Shown piece by piece: positions 10,203-19,218 of a stretch of 63,156 nt of DNA. The position numbers were made by a program, and so were the translations under genes. This stretch comes from an uncultured virus (IMG/VR IMGVR_UViG_3300025085_003231) (Duplodnaviria; Heunggongvirae; Uroviricota; Caudoviricetes): the IMG/VR virus record IMGVR_UViG_3300025085_003231; one strand, written 5' to 3'. Position 1 is the stretch's first letter, and every line of letters begins with the position of its first letter. The notes beneath the pieces were generated by a model. It saw only the letters and a list, made by a program, of their open reading frames with translations, was not told the origin of the DNA and did no database searches.

Positions 10203-10685
10203 TTAACTGGTGGCTGTCCATGATATTCTCGCACCTGTGGGAAAATTCTCAATTGGCTCTACCAAAGCATTAGCGATAAAATAGGTAATATCCCAATCAG
10301 TTCCTGGTGGAATTTCTATTTGCCAACCTGTGGGGTCCATCGGTTGGTCGCTCAAACTGATGGAATAAGGTGCCGCAGTTCCTGACAATCCGACGGCGGG
10401 GCGGCCATCTGGGTCCAAAAAATATGATGTGGTTCCAACAACAAAATTGACATAACCTCCTGGGACCCAATCGTTTCCAAGCCCCCATAATCCTGGAGTG
10501 GAGCCAAAGTATTGTAACACTACAAATTCATTGGTTTTGGTGCGGAGACGGTTCTTGATAGTAGCCGTTCCGATTTTAGAATAAAAAACTGATTGTGGGG
10601 TTTTCTCTAATAAATCTAATTGTTTAGGAGGGATGTTTCCTAAATCTGCGACTTCCCACTGAAACCCTTGTCTGCGGATAGCCAT
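10203..10685 (-). CDS. Beta-rich protein, possible single jelly-roll structural protein
   Basis: 160 aa with alternating strand pattern (YVNFVV, IEIPPG, WDITY); fold is inference. Confidence 0.6.
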   Translation of the reverse strand: MAIRRQGFQWEVADLGNIPPKQLDLLEKTPQSVFYSKIGTATIKNRLRTKTNEFVVLQYFGSTPGLWGLGNDWVPGGYVNFVVGTTSYFLDPDGRPAVGLSGTAAPYSISLSDQPMDPTGWQIEIPPGTDWDITYFIANALVEPIENFPTGARISWTATS

Positions 10686-10732
10686 GGTAATTATTGTGTT
10701 GGCTTGCTATTTCAATCTTAGGGACTCATCCC

Positions 10733-10867
10733 TCAATCTGATTTATAGACTTTGACGACAGCATAAGAGATGGTCAAAGCAATTCCTAACTTAACTATCA
10801 TAGGAAGTTTATTGATGCTAAGGCTATCTGCCTTTTTGACAACATTATTTCCACATCCGCAACCCAT
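10733..10867 (-). CDS. Small tail-anchored membrane protein
   Basis: MGCGCGNNVVKKADS followed by C-terminal TM. Confidence 0.65.
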   Translation of the reverse strand: MGCGCGNNVVKKADSLSINKLPMIVKLGIALTISYAVVKVYKSD

Positions 10868-10868
10868 G

Positions 10869-11168
10869 TTAATTTCTCCTGAATTTTCGCCATAGTTTCT
10901 GACGGAACTGAGTTGGTTCTCCACAGACTTGATGATGCTGACTTTGTTTCTTCTTTTCTATTTTTTGAGCAGCAGCCAGTTCTTGGGAGTCCTTTTCGCT
11001 GAGGTGTTTCACCCATTCGGGTGTTTTGGATTCCGTGGGGATTATTGAAGGTAATTCGGACGGAATCTGAAATTCGGGCAAATGGGAACTACGGAAACGA
11101 AGCAATCCTGCAAGCCTTTTTTCTTCGGCTTTCATCAATTGTTCTAAAGTTGGCTTCATTTTTTCCAC
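10869..11168 (-). CDS. Hypothetical protein
   Basis: 99-aa ORF in operon. Confidence 0.6.
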   Translation of the reverse strand: MEKMKPTLEQLMKAEEKRLAGLLRFRSSHLPEFQIPSELPSIIPTESKTPEWVKHLSEKDSQELAAAQKIEKKKQSQHHQVCGEPTQFRQKLWRKFRRN

Positions 11169-11581
11169 CTAATTGATGCAAACAAAGATTTGGGACTAAT
11201 GCCGACTTCACGAAGAATTTCAGCATCTGCTTCTCCTGAGAATACATCAACAATCTCTTTAGCACCCTTGACTTCAACGGGGCATTGATAACTGGAACCC
11301 CAACGAGCAAATTGAATAGTTGATTTGAATCCAAAATCACTAAATAATCCGCCCCATGCTCGGCTACGAGAGTTGGAAGCAGAATAACGAATGTAAAATT
11401 GCAAAATCTTTATCATCTTGGCTTCAAATGATGTCATCTCTGGCAATCCTTCGCCTTCAGACGAAAATGTTTCTGTGTCCATCATGCGTGTTATCAATTC
11501 ATCAGTGAGTGCTTCATACTGAACCACTAATGCGATAAGGTCATCACGACTCATTTCTGAATATTCGCTCATAAGGGTCAC
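11156..11581 (-). CDS. Hypothetical protein
   Basis: 141-aa ORF, SD GGAGTG. Confidence 0.7.
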   Translation of the reverse strand: MTLMSEYSEMSRDDLIALVVQYEALTDELITRMMDTETFSSEGEGLPEMTSFEAKMIKILQFYIRYSASNSRSRAWGGLFSDFGFKSTIQFARWGSSYQCPVEVKGAKEIVDVFSGEADAEILREVGISPKSLFASIRWKK

Positions 11582-11584
11582 TCC

Positions 11585-12073
11585 TTACCAAGTGGAGGGC
11601 AATAGTTCCGTAGCATTTAGTTGTTTTGCACGGAGTTTAATGAATTTCTTAGCCTTAGCCTTGTTTGATTTCTTAGCAAGTCCCCAAGTTTTAATTGCAT
11701 TCTTCAAGTCAGACTTGTTGCGGATTGGGAAACTACCGTCTTTCAATGCGTGTCCCTTCTTTGCCAAACGCTCTCGTTGGTTTTGAGTAAATTCTGCGGC
11801 TGCTACTTCGGTTGTCTCTCCAACTTCTGCAATAACCTTGGTGACATCTTCCTTAATTGCTGATGTGGCTTTCTCAGTATCTTTTGAGCCCTTCATTTGA
11901 AATGCTTTGACTCCTCCATAAACCATCAATATACCTACGGTGGTCATACCAATGGTGTTCCAGTAAGAAACTGTGCGGAAGGTTTTGACGGAACGAACCA
12001 ACAAAAGTCCACCAGCAGAAATTCCAATAACTCCTGCCACGATGTAGGTATTCACTTTAAATTCTTCAGCCAT
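11585..12073 (-). CDS. Two-TM protein with C-terminal basic domain (DUF6582-like)
   Basis: Two N-terminal TMs; after AAAE comes DGSFPIRNKSDLKNAI, a module I recall from phage head-associated proteins. Confidence 0.7.
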   Translation of the reverse strand: MAEEFKVNTYIVAGVIGISAGGLLLVRSVKTFRTVSYWNTIGMTTVGILMVYGGVKAFQMKGSKDTEKATSAIKEDVTKVIAEVGETTEVAAAEFTQNQRERLAKKGHALKDGSFPIRNKSDLKNAIKTWGLAKKSNKAKAKKFIKLRAKQLNATELLPSTW

Positions 12074-12111
12074 ACACTTAAATTAGTGTCGCTGTTATTT
12101 AAGTTTTAACA

Positions 12112-12357
12112 TCAATAAGTGTTAATCCCTGCTTGACGGAGATACAAAAATGCCATAGCACCACCAGCAATCACACCTGCGGGGCCTAAAATCTTGCCCA
12201 CTGTGCTGGATTCTCCTCGCAAAATGTAGGGGATTGAGTGTGCTGTTTCTGCCACACCTGTAAGCATCATGCCCAATGCAAGGGTATATCCAATCAAATG
12301 GATGGGTTTTTTCTCAGTTTCGTAGTATATTTTGGGATAGTTCTTCATATTTTTCAC
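12112..12357 (-). CDS. Small two-TM membrane protein
   Basis: Two hydrophobic segments. Confidence 0.7.
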   Translation of the reverse strand: MKNMKNYPKIYYETEKKPIHLIGYTLALGMMLTGVAETAHSIPYILRGESSTVGKILGPAGVIAGGAMAFLYLRQAGINTY

Positions 12358-12358
12358 C

Positions 12359-13615
12359 TTATTTTCTCATAAACCATGCCGCTCCGCCTGTGAAAACGGC
12401 CAATCCAAAGAAAGGCCACCACAAATTTGTGGTTACGGGTTCATCAGCAACGGTGGTGGTATGGGAGTAGGTAGTGACGGTAGTGGAACTTCCACCTGAA
12501 TCAGTGCTGGGGGTTGAAGCATCGTCGTCAATTTCAGGCTGGACATCAATAATATTATCTGGGGCTACTGTGGGTCCAGTTACTGAGACAATGGAAAACT
12601 CATTTGAATATGGGCCTTCAGTCTGCATAAGCGGTCCGACATACGGGGCGGAATTGGTTGCTGACCAAGCCACACCATCAGTGGTTCCAGAAATTGTGAA
12701 TCCTTGTCGGGGAGTTATTTTGAATCGTGCTGCTTCTCCTGAATAATTAGAACTCAGGAAAAATGGATTTTGTCCTTGAAGATTGAATTTTTCTGTGCGA
12801 ACTCCTCGTTCATTAAAGAATCCTGTGCCACACTTGACCAGATAATCTTCATTACCTCTTAATATAACATTGAATGTAGGTGTGTTGAAAGACTTTGGCA
12901 ACAAATAATCTGTGGTAATGTCTACTACGCAAGAACCATCATCAAAATTAGCCGAAGCATTGTAATTATCTGCGGAAGAACAGGTGCATCCCTCACGAAC
13001 TGGAATACAAGAGCCATCATCGGTGTTAGCACGACCATCAAAATTCAAAGCCGTCGCATCGGTGCATCCTTTGTAGACACAATTTCCTGCGGAATTAGCA
13101 TTTTTATCATAATTGTCTGCCTCTGAATCCATACATCCAACAATATTTACGGTAGCCGAAGTAATTTTTAAGAAATGATACTGACCTGGTGCTACGGTAA
13201 ATGTAGTAGAGCCTGACCAAGACTGAGAAGAAATTGCATCTCCTTCTTTGAGAGCATTCATGCTAACGCCCCATCCTGAAACAGAGGAAATATTATCTTT
13301 GAAGGCGACTGTGACTTGAACTGCTTTGGTTTCTTTGTTGCGGATTACAACAGTTGATTTGTGTCCATCATAAAATACTCCATATCCGAAACTACCACTT
13401 CCTGATTTAACTTCGGGCTCCCAAGATTCTGAGGCTCCTGCCCAAGTTGCAGTAACTTGTAAATAATCTGCTATATCCGCAGGTAGGTCTTCTGAGTGGT
13501 CGGTCCGATAACTATTTTTCCAAACAGTTGGTGGTGCAGAAGTAGCCCTCAATACTACTGACTCCGCATTGTAAATGCCTGTCCAATAATTATCTACTGC
13601 GGTAATTCCCAACAT
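12359..13615 (-). CDS. Tail-anchored Cys-rich surface protein with GCxDxxAxNY..DDGSC repeats
   Basis: Three degenerate GC(M/T)..A.N(Y/F)..A...G.C repeats, S/T linker, C-terminal TM + MRK, no signal peptide. Confidence 0.85.
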   Translation of the reverse strand: MLGITAVDNYWTGIYNAESVVLRATSAPPTVWKNSYRTDHSEDLPADIADYLQVTATWAGASESWEPEVKSGSGSFGYGVFYDGHKSTVVIRNKETKAVQVTVAFKDNISSVSGWGVSMNALKEGDAISSQSWSGSTTFTVAPGQYHFLKITSATVNIVGCMDSEADNYDKNANSAGNCVYKGCTDATALNFDGRANTDDGSCIPVREGCTCSSADNYNASANFDDGSCVVDITTDYLLPKSFNTPTFNVILRGNEDYLVKCGTGFFNERGVRTEKFNLQGQNPFFLSSNYSGEAARFKITPRQGFTISGTTDGVAWSATNSAPYVGPLMQTEGPYSNEFSIVSVTGPTVAPDNIIDVQPEIDDDASTPSTDSGGSSTTVTTYSHTTTVADEPVTTNLWWPFFGLAVFTGGAAWFMRK

Positions 13616-13616
13616 A

Positions 13617-14060
13617 TTATTGCCCCTGATTGTAATATTGTAGTGATAAGATTAGAATCATACCGATAGTTGCTACACCCAAAATTTTCTGAGTTGGTAT
13701 TTCATTGGCTGGCTTGATACTTGAACTTTGCGATGAAATGTTGTTGGATTTAACTTGAGTAACACAAGCGCAATCCTGAGATTTACAATCATAACCGCCG
13801 CCAACGAACACCGAGTCGGCATCTGAACAACTAACATGGGTTTCGGGACAAATCAAACTCTTTTGTCGGTTAAACTCGGCTTCATCTAATCCTCGGTCGG
13901 TCCACAGTTTCTTAAAATCCGAATAACTGGCACTGGAAAATTTCTGACCCGATTCATCATCATACATTCGGGACACAATAAATTCATGGTAAGTCAAACT
14001 GCAATCTACTAAGGCTTGAAGTCTGCCTGAAGTGTAAGTGTGGTCTAAATCAAACTTCAT
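13617..14060 (-). CDS. Tail-anchored Cys-containing protein
   Basis: C-terminal TM ILGVATIGMILILSL. Confidence 0.75.
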   Translation of the reverse strand: MKFDLDHTYTSGRLQALVDCSLTYHEFIVSRMYDDESGQKFSSASYSDFKKLWTDRGLDEAEFNRQKSLICPETHVSCSDADSVFVGGGYDCKSQDCACVTQVKSNNISSQSSSIKPANEIPTQKILGVATIGMILILSLQYYNQGQ

Positions 14061-14488
14061 TTTATCACCTGCGGAGGTCTTTTACTGTAATTGATGAGGA
14101 AGTGGTAGTAATCCTGGTTCTCCCAATAATTTAACCATATTTTGTGTAGGGTGGGTGTCAGAGGAAGGTATGTCCAATAAACATTATCATCAACAGAGTA
14201 TTTTTCAGCGTTAGGGCCTCCTCTGTTTGAACAATACGGCCATATATCATTGGTTTGTAACCAAGCACTCGCTTGTTCTGTAAGCCATAGTTCCTCTCCA
14301 TCAGTGATGGGTAATGAAATATCTCCCAAATCCGCCGTCCTCTGGACATGGAAGAAAAATGGTAATTCTTGTCGGTAGACTTCTTCATAGACTTCTTCCT
14401 GAATATATCCTCCCACACCAGGGAGTTTGATTTGGTAATTTGGAGGGAACTTTTTCATCCACTCAGGCAATAAATCGTAATTATTCAT
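14057..14488 (-). CDS. Hypothetical protein with C-terminal LINY..PPQVIK tag
   Basis: Coupled ORF. Confidence 0.75.
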   Translation of the reverse strand: MNNYDLLPEWMKKFPPNYQIKLPGVGGYIQEEVYEEVYRQELPFFFHVQRTADLGDISLPITDGEELWLTEQASAWLQTNDIWPYCSNRGGPNAEKYSVDDNVYWTYLPLTPTLHKIWLNYWENQDYYHFLINYSKRPPQVIK

Positions 14489-14778
14489 TGTATCACCTGT
14501 GGAAGTTTTTGATTATAATTGATGATAAAATTAGATAGTGATTTAAGTTGAGTATATTGGGACATATTTTCTCCAACCATTTCTTCATTACCTGCATTGT
14601 TAATTAGCCAATTCCTGAAATCTTGTTTAGAATTGAAATAGAGAAGGGTGTTTCTTTCATCATCCCTGTATATTGGGAGTCCATCGTTTTTAATATCAAA
14701 TAAATCCTCTTTCTCCCTATCAGGGTGCGACCATAAAAGGTCAAACTTTCTTTCTAATTCTTCAGAGGTCAAAATCAA
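14485..14778 (-). CDS. Hypothetical protein with C-terminal IINY..LPQVIQ tag
   Basis: Coupled ORF. Confidence 0.7.
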   Translation of the reverse strand: MILTSEELERKFDLLWSHPDREKEDLFDIKNDGLPIYRDDERNTLLYFNSKQDFRNWLINNAGNEEMVGENMSQYTQLKSLSNFIINYNQKLPQVIQ

Positions 14779-15917
14779 GCCTCCTGATTCTTGGCCGAGA
14801 TAACGGTAGAAACTACGATTCCTACCGCAGTTAAGCCCACAATTCCTGCTACTAAACCTGTTGCGGTAAAAGATTTTTCGGGGGTGGGGTCTGGGGAGGG
14901 GGTTGTTTTTGCTTGCTTATCCTTGACACACTTGCCAAAAGTTCCAAGTATTCCTCGTTTATACCCTGCTTTGCACACACATTTTCCTGCTGTGGCATCA
15001 TATTCTGAATGTGTATCGCTATCGTGACAATATTCACAAGGATTGTCTGGGTCTTCGGCAACTGCTCCTTCCACATAATTTTGTGCCGTGGAATCCATAC
15101 ATCCGAATTTTTGGAATCCTGTGGCTGTGGTGATGCGGTATTTTTTCCATGATGTGGGCATCAGCGATGGTTTTACAATGTATTCTTGAGTGGTGAGTCC
15201 TGTGGCTCGGTATCCTGCTTTCGCTATCCGAACCTTGTTGTCCGATTTATCTGGTTGCGGAATATCTGACTTTCCTGCTTTTTCTTCCCACTCCCACTTG
15301 TGTAGGATTTTAGCATACGGTGGATTGGTATCGTATTCATTGGTGGGTTGTCCTTGGTAAGTCCATTGTTCTACAATATATCCGCCTTCAGTATATGTGG
15401 GTGCATAGATACAGGAACAATCACCGTCAGTTTCTGCGACTGGTTGAAGAATTGGTGTTTCGCTCCAACTCTTATTGAATTCCCAAACTGGGTTGCTGGT
15501 TTTGCAAGGACATCCTGAACTCGGGGCTGCTGAAGAATAATTGATAGCACTGGAATCTCCGCAACCGTCTTCTACTCGGAAGGCATTCATCTTTTCTATG
15601 TAATCTGCTCGGGCGGAATTGGCCTCAGATGTGGTGCTATATTCTCCAATTTTACGGGCTGTATTAGAATCTATGGGGTTTCTACCGTCAGTGGTGGAAC
15701 TCACTCGGTATTTGATGGCTTGGGTATCAATCGTGGTAATTTTCATCACATAGATTGTTTCATCGTGAACTGAATTGCAAGCCAATGATAAATTATCTAT
15801 AACATCATATTTGATATTGCCACTGGTGAATGTTTCCACTCGCTTTTCTATTGTTTCGGCATTGCGAGCCGTCTGAGCAAAATTCATTTCATAAGGGTTA
15901 GACAATATAGTTCCCAT
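14775..15917 (-). CDS. Tail-anchored Cys-rich surface protein
   Basis: GCMDSTAQNY, EGF-like CVCKAGY, PT linker, C-terminal TM; N-terminal RNAE. Confidence 0.85.
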   Translation of the reverse strand: MGTILSNPYEMNFAQTARNAETIEKRVETFTSGNIKYDVIDNLSLACNSVHDETIYVMKITTIDTQAIKYRVSSTTDGRNPIDSNTARKIGEYSTTSEANSARADYIEKMNAFRVEDGCGDSSAINYSSAAPSSGCPCKTSNPVWEFNKSWSETPILQPVAETDGDCSCIYAPTYTEGGYIVEQWTYQGQPTNEYDTNPPYAKILHKWEWEEKAGKSDIPQPDKSDNKVRIAKAGYRATGLTTQEYIVKPSLMPTSWKKYRITTATGFQKFGCMDSTAQNYVEGAVAEDPDNPCEYCHDSDTHSEYDATAGKCVCKAGYKRGILGTFGKCVKDKQAKTTPSPDPTPEKSFTATGLVAGIVGLTAVGIVVSTVISAKNQEA

Positions 15918-16930
15918 TAAATTTTCCCTCCATAGATTGTGGCTCCTGCGGTAATCAGGACTATTGCTAATCCTGCGGCAACGAATCCTCCTGAGTCAGT
16001 AGTGGGTGTGGATTCATTATCATCGTCAGTGGTATTCTGGCAGTGGGTGTTGTCCCAATAGTGTGCGTCAGCATTGTATTTAGAATTAGATTCATCGGTG
16101 CATGATGCGGTGAATGTTGGCGATTTTAACCACCACATTAGTTTTCCTGTGCCTCCTGTTTGTTGATGATATTTAGTGGCTTCTGTGATAGCCCATGAAA
16201 AATACTTAACAAAAATTTCTGTTCCGACATATCCTTGTGAGATACATTCTGATTCTGAAAACTGAGACTCATTAGCATCCACATAAAATATGCAAGGCAT
16301 GGAAACTTTCCATTCTTGGCTGTCGGGTTCAATAACCGCTACGCCTTTTTTCAAAGCATCCGAAGATGATGATACATCTAATCCATTGGGTAGATTGGTG
16401 AGGTGTCCTCCAGAATCAACCCTCCATCCTGCGGGCAATGTGTGTGGTTGGTGTCCTTGATAGATAGTCAAATCATACAATTTGTCAGAATTATCTATGG
16501 ATTGATAAGATTCTTCCCAAGTTTCTTTGCAAAACAACTTAGCATCCCGATATTCTTTTGGTTGGTCGTTGTAAAACAACTCTCCTGCGTAGGATTGAGA
16601 ATTGGCTCCTGCACAAGTTCCTGTGGTGATAGTGATGTTATCTGGATGTTCCCACCATTGGTCGTGGGTGTTTGATTGTCGTTGGAAGATAACGGGTCGC
16701 TCAGATTCGGCGGCAAATGGGTTCTGATTAGGGCCAGCAATTTTAACCAAAGTTTGAGGTGGTATGCCGTTGCTAAATTTAGTCTTTGCTTGAACTGAAC
16801 CATCTGGATTTTGGGTGAGAACATATCCGTCTGCCCAAGCAGCCAAAGATTTAGTCTCTCCTGAATCTCGTGATTGCCACATATTTTGTGGCGGTAATGG
16901 AACTCTGTTAAAAGCCGAGCCAAACCACAT
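15917..16930 (-). CDS. Tail-anchored Cys-containing surface protein
   Basis: CTDESNSKYNADA motif, C-terminal TM; NPFAAE near N-terminus. Confidence 0.85.
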   Translation of the reverse strand: MWFGSAFNRVPLPPQNMWQSRDSGETKSLAAWADGYVLTQNPDGSVQAKTKFSNGIPPQTLVKIAGPNQNPFAAESERPVIFQRQSNTHDQWWEHPDNITITTGTCAGANSQSYAGELFYNDQPKEYRDAKLFCKETWEESYQSIDNSDKLYDLTIYQGHQPHTLPAGWRVDSGGHLTNLPNGLDVSSSSDALKKGVAVIEPDSQEWKVSMPCIFYVDANESQFSESECISQGYVGTEIFVKYFSWAITEATKYHQQTGGTGKLMWWLKSPTFTASCTDESNSKYNADAHYWDNTHCQNTTDDDNESTPTTDSGGFVAAGLAIVLITAGATIYGGKI

Positions 16931-16978
16931 GGCGTTTTATTGTGGCTCTCGCTATTTAAGTTTGGCGTTGTTGATAAA

Positions 16979-17227
16979 TCACTCAAGCGGGTTGTCTATT
17001 CCCATCTCACCGAGAGTCCATTTAAGGGTCTTAATGACTCCTTCTAAAGCCTTTTTGTTACGGGCGGCTTCCTTCATGCCTTGTGAGTCTTTGGATTGCT
17101 TAGAGTGGTGGTAAAATAGTATCCACTGATTCATTTTCTTTTCAGCACGAACCAGCATAGCCTCTATCTCGTCCCAAGACCTGTTATATGTCCGATGGAC
17201 GGAATCTTGGTGGTCGCTCATAGTCAT
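16979..17227 (-). CDS. Helical hypothetical protein
   Basis: 82-aa ORF with promoter at 17248. Confidence 0.75.
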   Translation of the reverse strand: MTMSDHQDSVHRTYNRSWDEIEAMLVRAEKKMNQWILFYHHSKQSKDSQGMKEAARNKKALEGVIKTLKWTLGEMGIDNPLE

Positions 17228-17265
17228 AATGATGGGGGCTCTCTTTACCTATTTAAATATTATGG

Positions 17266-17397
17266 TTAAGGGAATTCATCAAACATTACTACGAAAGGCC
17301 ACAAGGCCACAAATAGTATGAATCGCACAGGATTTAGAATTAACTTTCGGAGAAAACCAAATGTCCGACTCAAGAATGAACTTTCATTGTCGGCCAT
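17266..17397 (-). CDS. Small membrane peptide (43 aa)
   Basis: Hand-translated MADNESSFLSRTFGFLRKLILNPVRFILFVALWPFVVMFDEFP. Confidence 0.5.
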   Translation of the reverse strand: MADNESSFLSRTFGFLRKLILNPVRFILFVALWPFVVMFDEFP

Positions 17398-17416
17398 TGG
17401 CAATCAATCCTGGTAA

Positions 17417-19117
17417 TCAGACTTCTAAGGCATCAAGAATGCCGTCGTTGTCATCATCGTCGTCCAGATTATCTGCGACACCATCGTTGTCATGGTCAAA
17501 CTGACCTGTTTCATCGTTGCCGTCATTCTGTTCAAACCAATCGGAAAGTCCGTCGTTGTCGTCGTCCAAATCCGAAGCATCCCAAATACCATCGTTGTCA
17601 TGGTCGTAGCGATAAGCGGAGAATGCACCACCGATTTCATCAACATCAAGAATGTCGTCGTTATCGTCGTCAATATCTACTGCATCGTTAAGTCCATCAT
17701 TGTCGTGGTCACGAGAAGCATCAGAACCGTTGTCGTAAAGGTCTTTGTAGTTGTCAATTCCGTCGTTATCAATGTCCAAGTCATACCAGTCGGGGATGTT
17801 GTCGTTGTCGTGGTCGTAAATGTCGGTATTGTCATTACCGTCATTGACTTCTTCGTTGTCGTTTAGACCGTCGCCATCGTCATCATCGTCTTCTGAATCA
17901 ACAATTCCGTCGTTGTCGTGGTCCATTGGGGAATCATCCATAGAATCTGGGATTCCATCATTGTCGTCATCATTATCCAAATCATTAGGGATTCCGTCAC
18001 CATCATTGTCGTTTTCGCCATTTTGGTTTTGGTTATCTAATTGTTGCCCTTGTTGTTGTTCATTCTGTTGTCCTTGCTGACCTTGTTGGCCGTTTTGGGT
18101 TTGACCTTGCTGTTGTTGGTTAGCACCATTTTGGTTTTGGCCGTTCTGTTCTTCGGCTTGTTGTTCAGATTGCTGACCGCCTTGCTGACCGCCTTGTTGT
18201 TGTTGGCCTTGGCCGTTGTCTTGTTGCTGGCCTTGTTGTCCAGATTGACCTTGGTTTCCTTGCTGACCTTGTTGGCCCTGCTGACCTTGCTGTCCCTGTT
18301 GTCCCTGTTGGCCTTGCTGTCCTTGCTGGCCTTGTTGTCCTTGTTGGCCCTGTCCTTGACCTTGACCTTGGGATTGTCCTTGGCCTTGACCTTGACCTTG
18401 TCCTTGGCCTTGCCCTTGTCCTTGACCTTGACCCTGACCTTGACCCTGACCTTGGCCTTGACCTTGGCCTTGACCTTGGCCTTGTCCTTGACCTTGGCCT
18501 TGACCTTGGCCTTGTCCCTGCCCTTGTCCCTGTCCTTGTCCTTGGCCTTGGCCTTGTCCTTGACCTTGACCTTGACCCTGACCTTGACCTTCTCCTTGTC
18601 CTTGGTCTTCGGATTCTCCTCCGCCCTCGGTTCCACCATCTCCAGAACCTGGGTTAGATTCTTGGAAATCTGGGTCGTAGGCATCGGGAATTCCATCTCC
18701 GTCGGAGTCGGAATACTCGCCATCGTTAGGGTCTGTTGGGTATTGGTCTACATTGTCGGCCTTGCCGTCACCATCGGTGTCGGAGTTATTGGGATTTGTT
18801 CCCTTGGCATATTCTTGGGCATTGGAAAGTCCATCGCCATCAGGGTCTGCATTGGCATCTCCACCGTTGGTGGGGTTGAGGCCATTGGAAACTTCCCACC
18901 CATCGGGTAGTCCGTCGCCGTCTGAATCAGCGTTGTTCATATTAGTGCCGTGTGTTTGTTCTTCGGAATTGGTAAGTCCATCTCCGTCCCAGTCGGCTCC
19001 ACCGTCAGATGGGTCCAATGGGTCAGAACCGTCAGCGGCTCCAACACCTGCGCTCAAAACGAGCATCAGGGTAGTCAGTAGTGCAAGCATCGTATTTTTG
19101 AATTTGTTATTTTTCAT
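17417..19117 (-). CDS. Secreted Ca-binding (DxDxDG, thrombospondin-3-like) protein with poly-GQ linker
   Basis: Signal peptide, DSDGDG repeats, (GQ)n/(GQQ)n tract, DHDND repeats. Confidence 0.9.
   Translation of the reverse strand: MKNNKFKNTMLALLTTLMLVLSAGVGAADGSDPLDPSDGGADWDGDGLTNSEEQTHGTNMNNADSDGDGLPDGWEVSNGLNPTNGGDANADPDGDGLSNAQEYAKGTNPNNSDTDGDGKADNVDQYPTDPNDGEYSDSDGDGIPDAYDPDFQESNPGSGDGGTEGGGESEDQGQGEGQGQGQGQGQGQGQGQGQGQGQGQGQGQGQGQGQGQGQGQGQGQGQGQGQGQGQGQGQGQGQGQGQGQGQGQSQGQGQGQGQQGQQGQQGQQGQQGQQGQQGQQGQQGQQGNQGQSGQQGQQQDNGQGQQQQGGQQGGQQSEQQAEEQNGQNQNGANQQQQGQTQNGQQGQQGQQNEQQQGQQLDNQNQNGENDNDGDGIPNDLDNDDDNDGIPDSMDDSPMDHDNDGIVDSEDDDDDGDGLNDNEEVNDGNDNTDIYDHDNDNIPDWYDLDIDNDGIDNYKDLYDNGSDASRDHDNDGLNDAVDIDDDNDDILDVDEIGGAFSAYRYDHDNDGIWDASDLDDDNDGLSDWFEQNDGNDETGQFDHDNDGVADNLDDDDDNDGILDALEV
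18230..18604 (-). repeat. Coding hexamer/nonamer tandem repeat (GQ, then GQQ)
   Basis: ccttga/ccttgg/ccttgt/ccctga units on + strand with synonymous variation. Confidence 0.95.
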
Positions 19118-19218
19118 AGTAATCGTTTTCCTATTATAAAGTTGTTCATAGGGAACCCACTGTTCCCTCTAACTGTATATTCGGTTTTCTTCCTATTTAA
19201 GATTAACTATGTGCTGCA

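Noticed and set aside
18230..18604. Possible CRISPR array
   Set aside because: 6-9 bp units without spacers; in-frame coding repeat
18041..18910. Long plus-strand Leu/Thr/Ala ORF and the alternative-frame KVKVK ORF (18037-18723)
   Set aside because: Shadow frames of the GQ coding repeat
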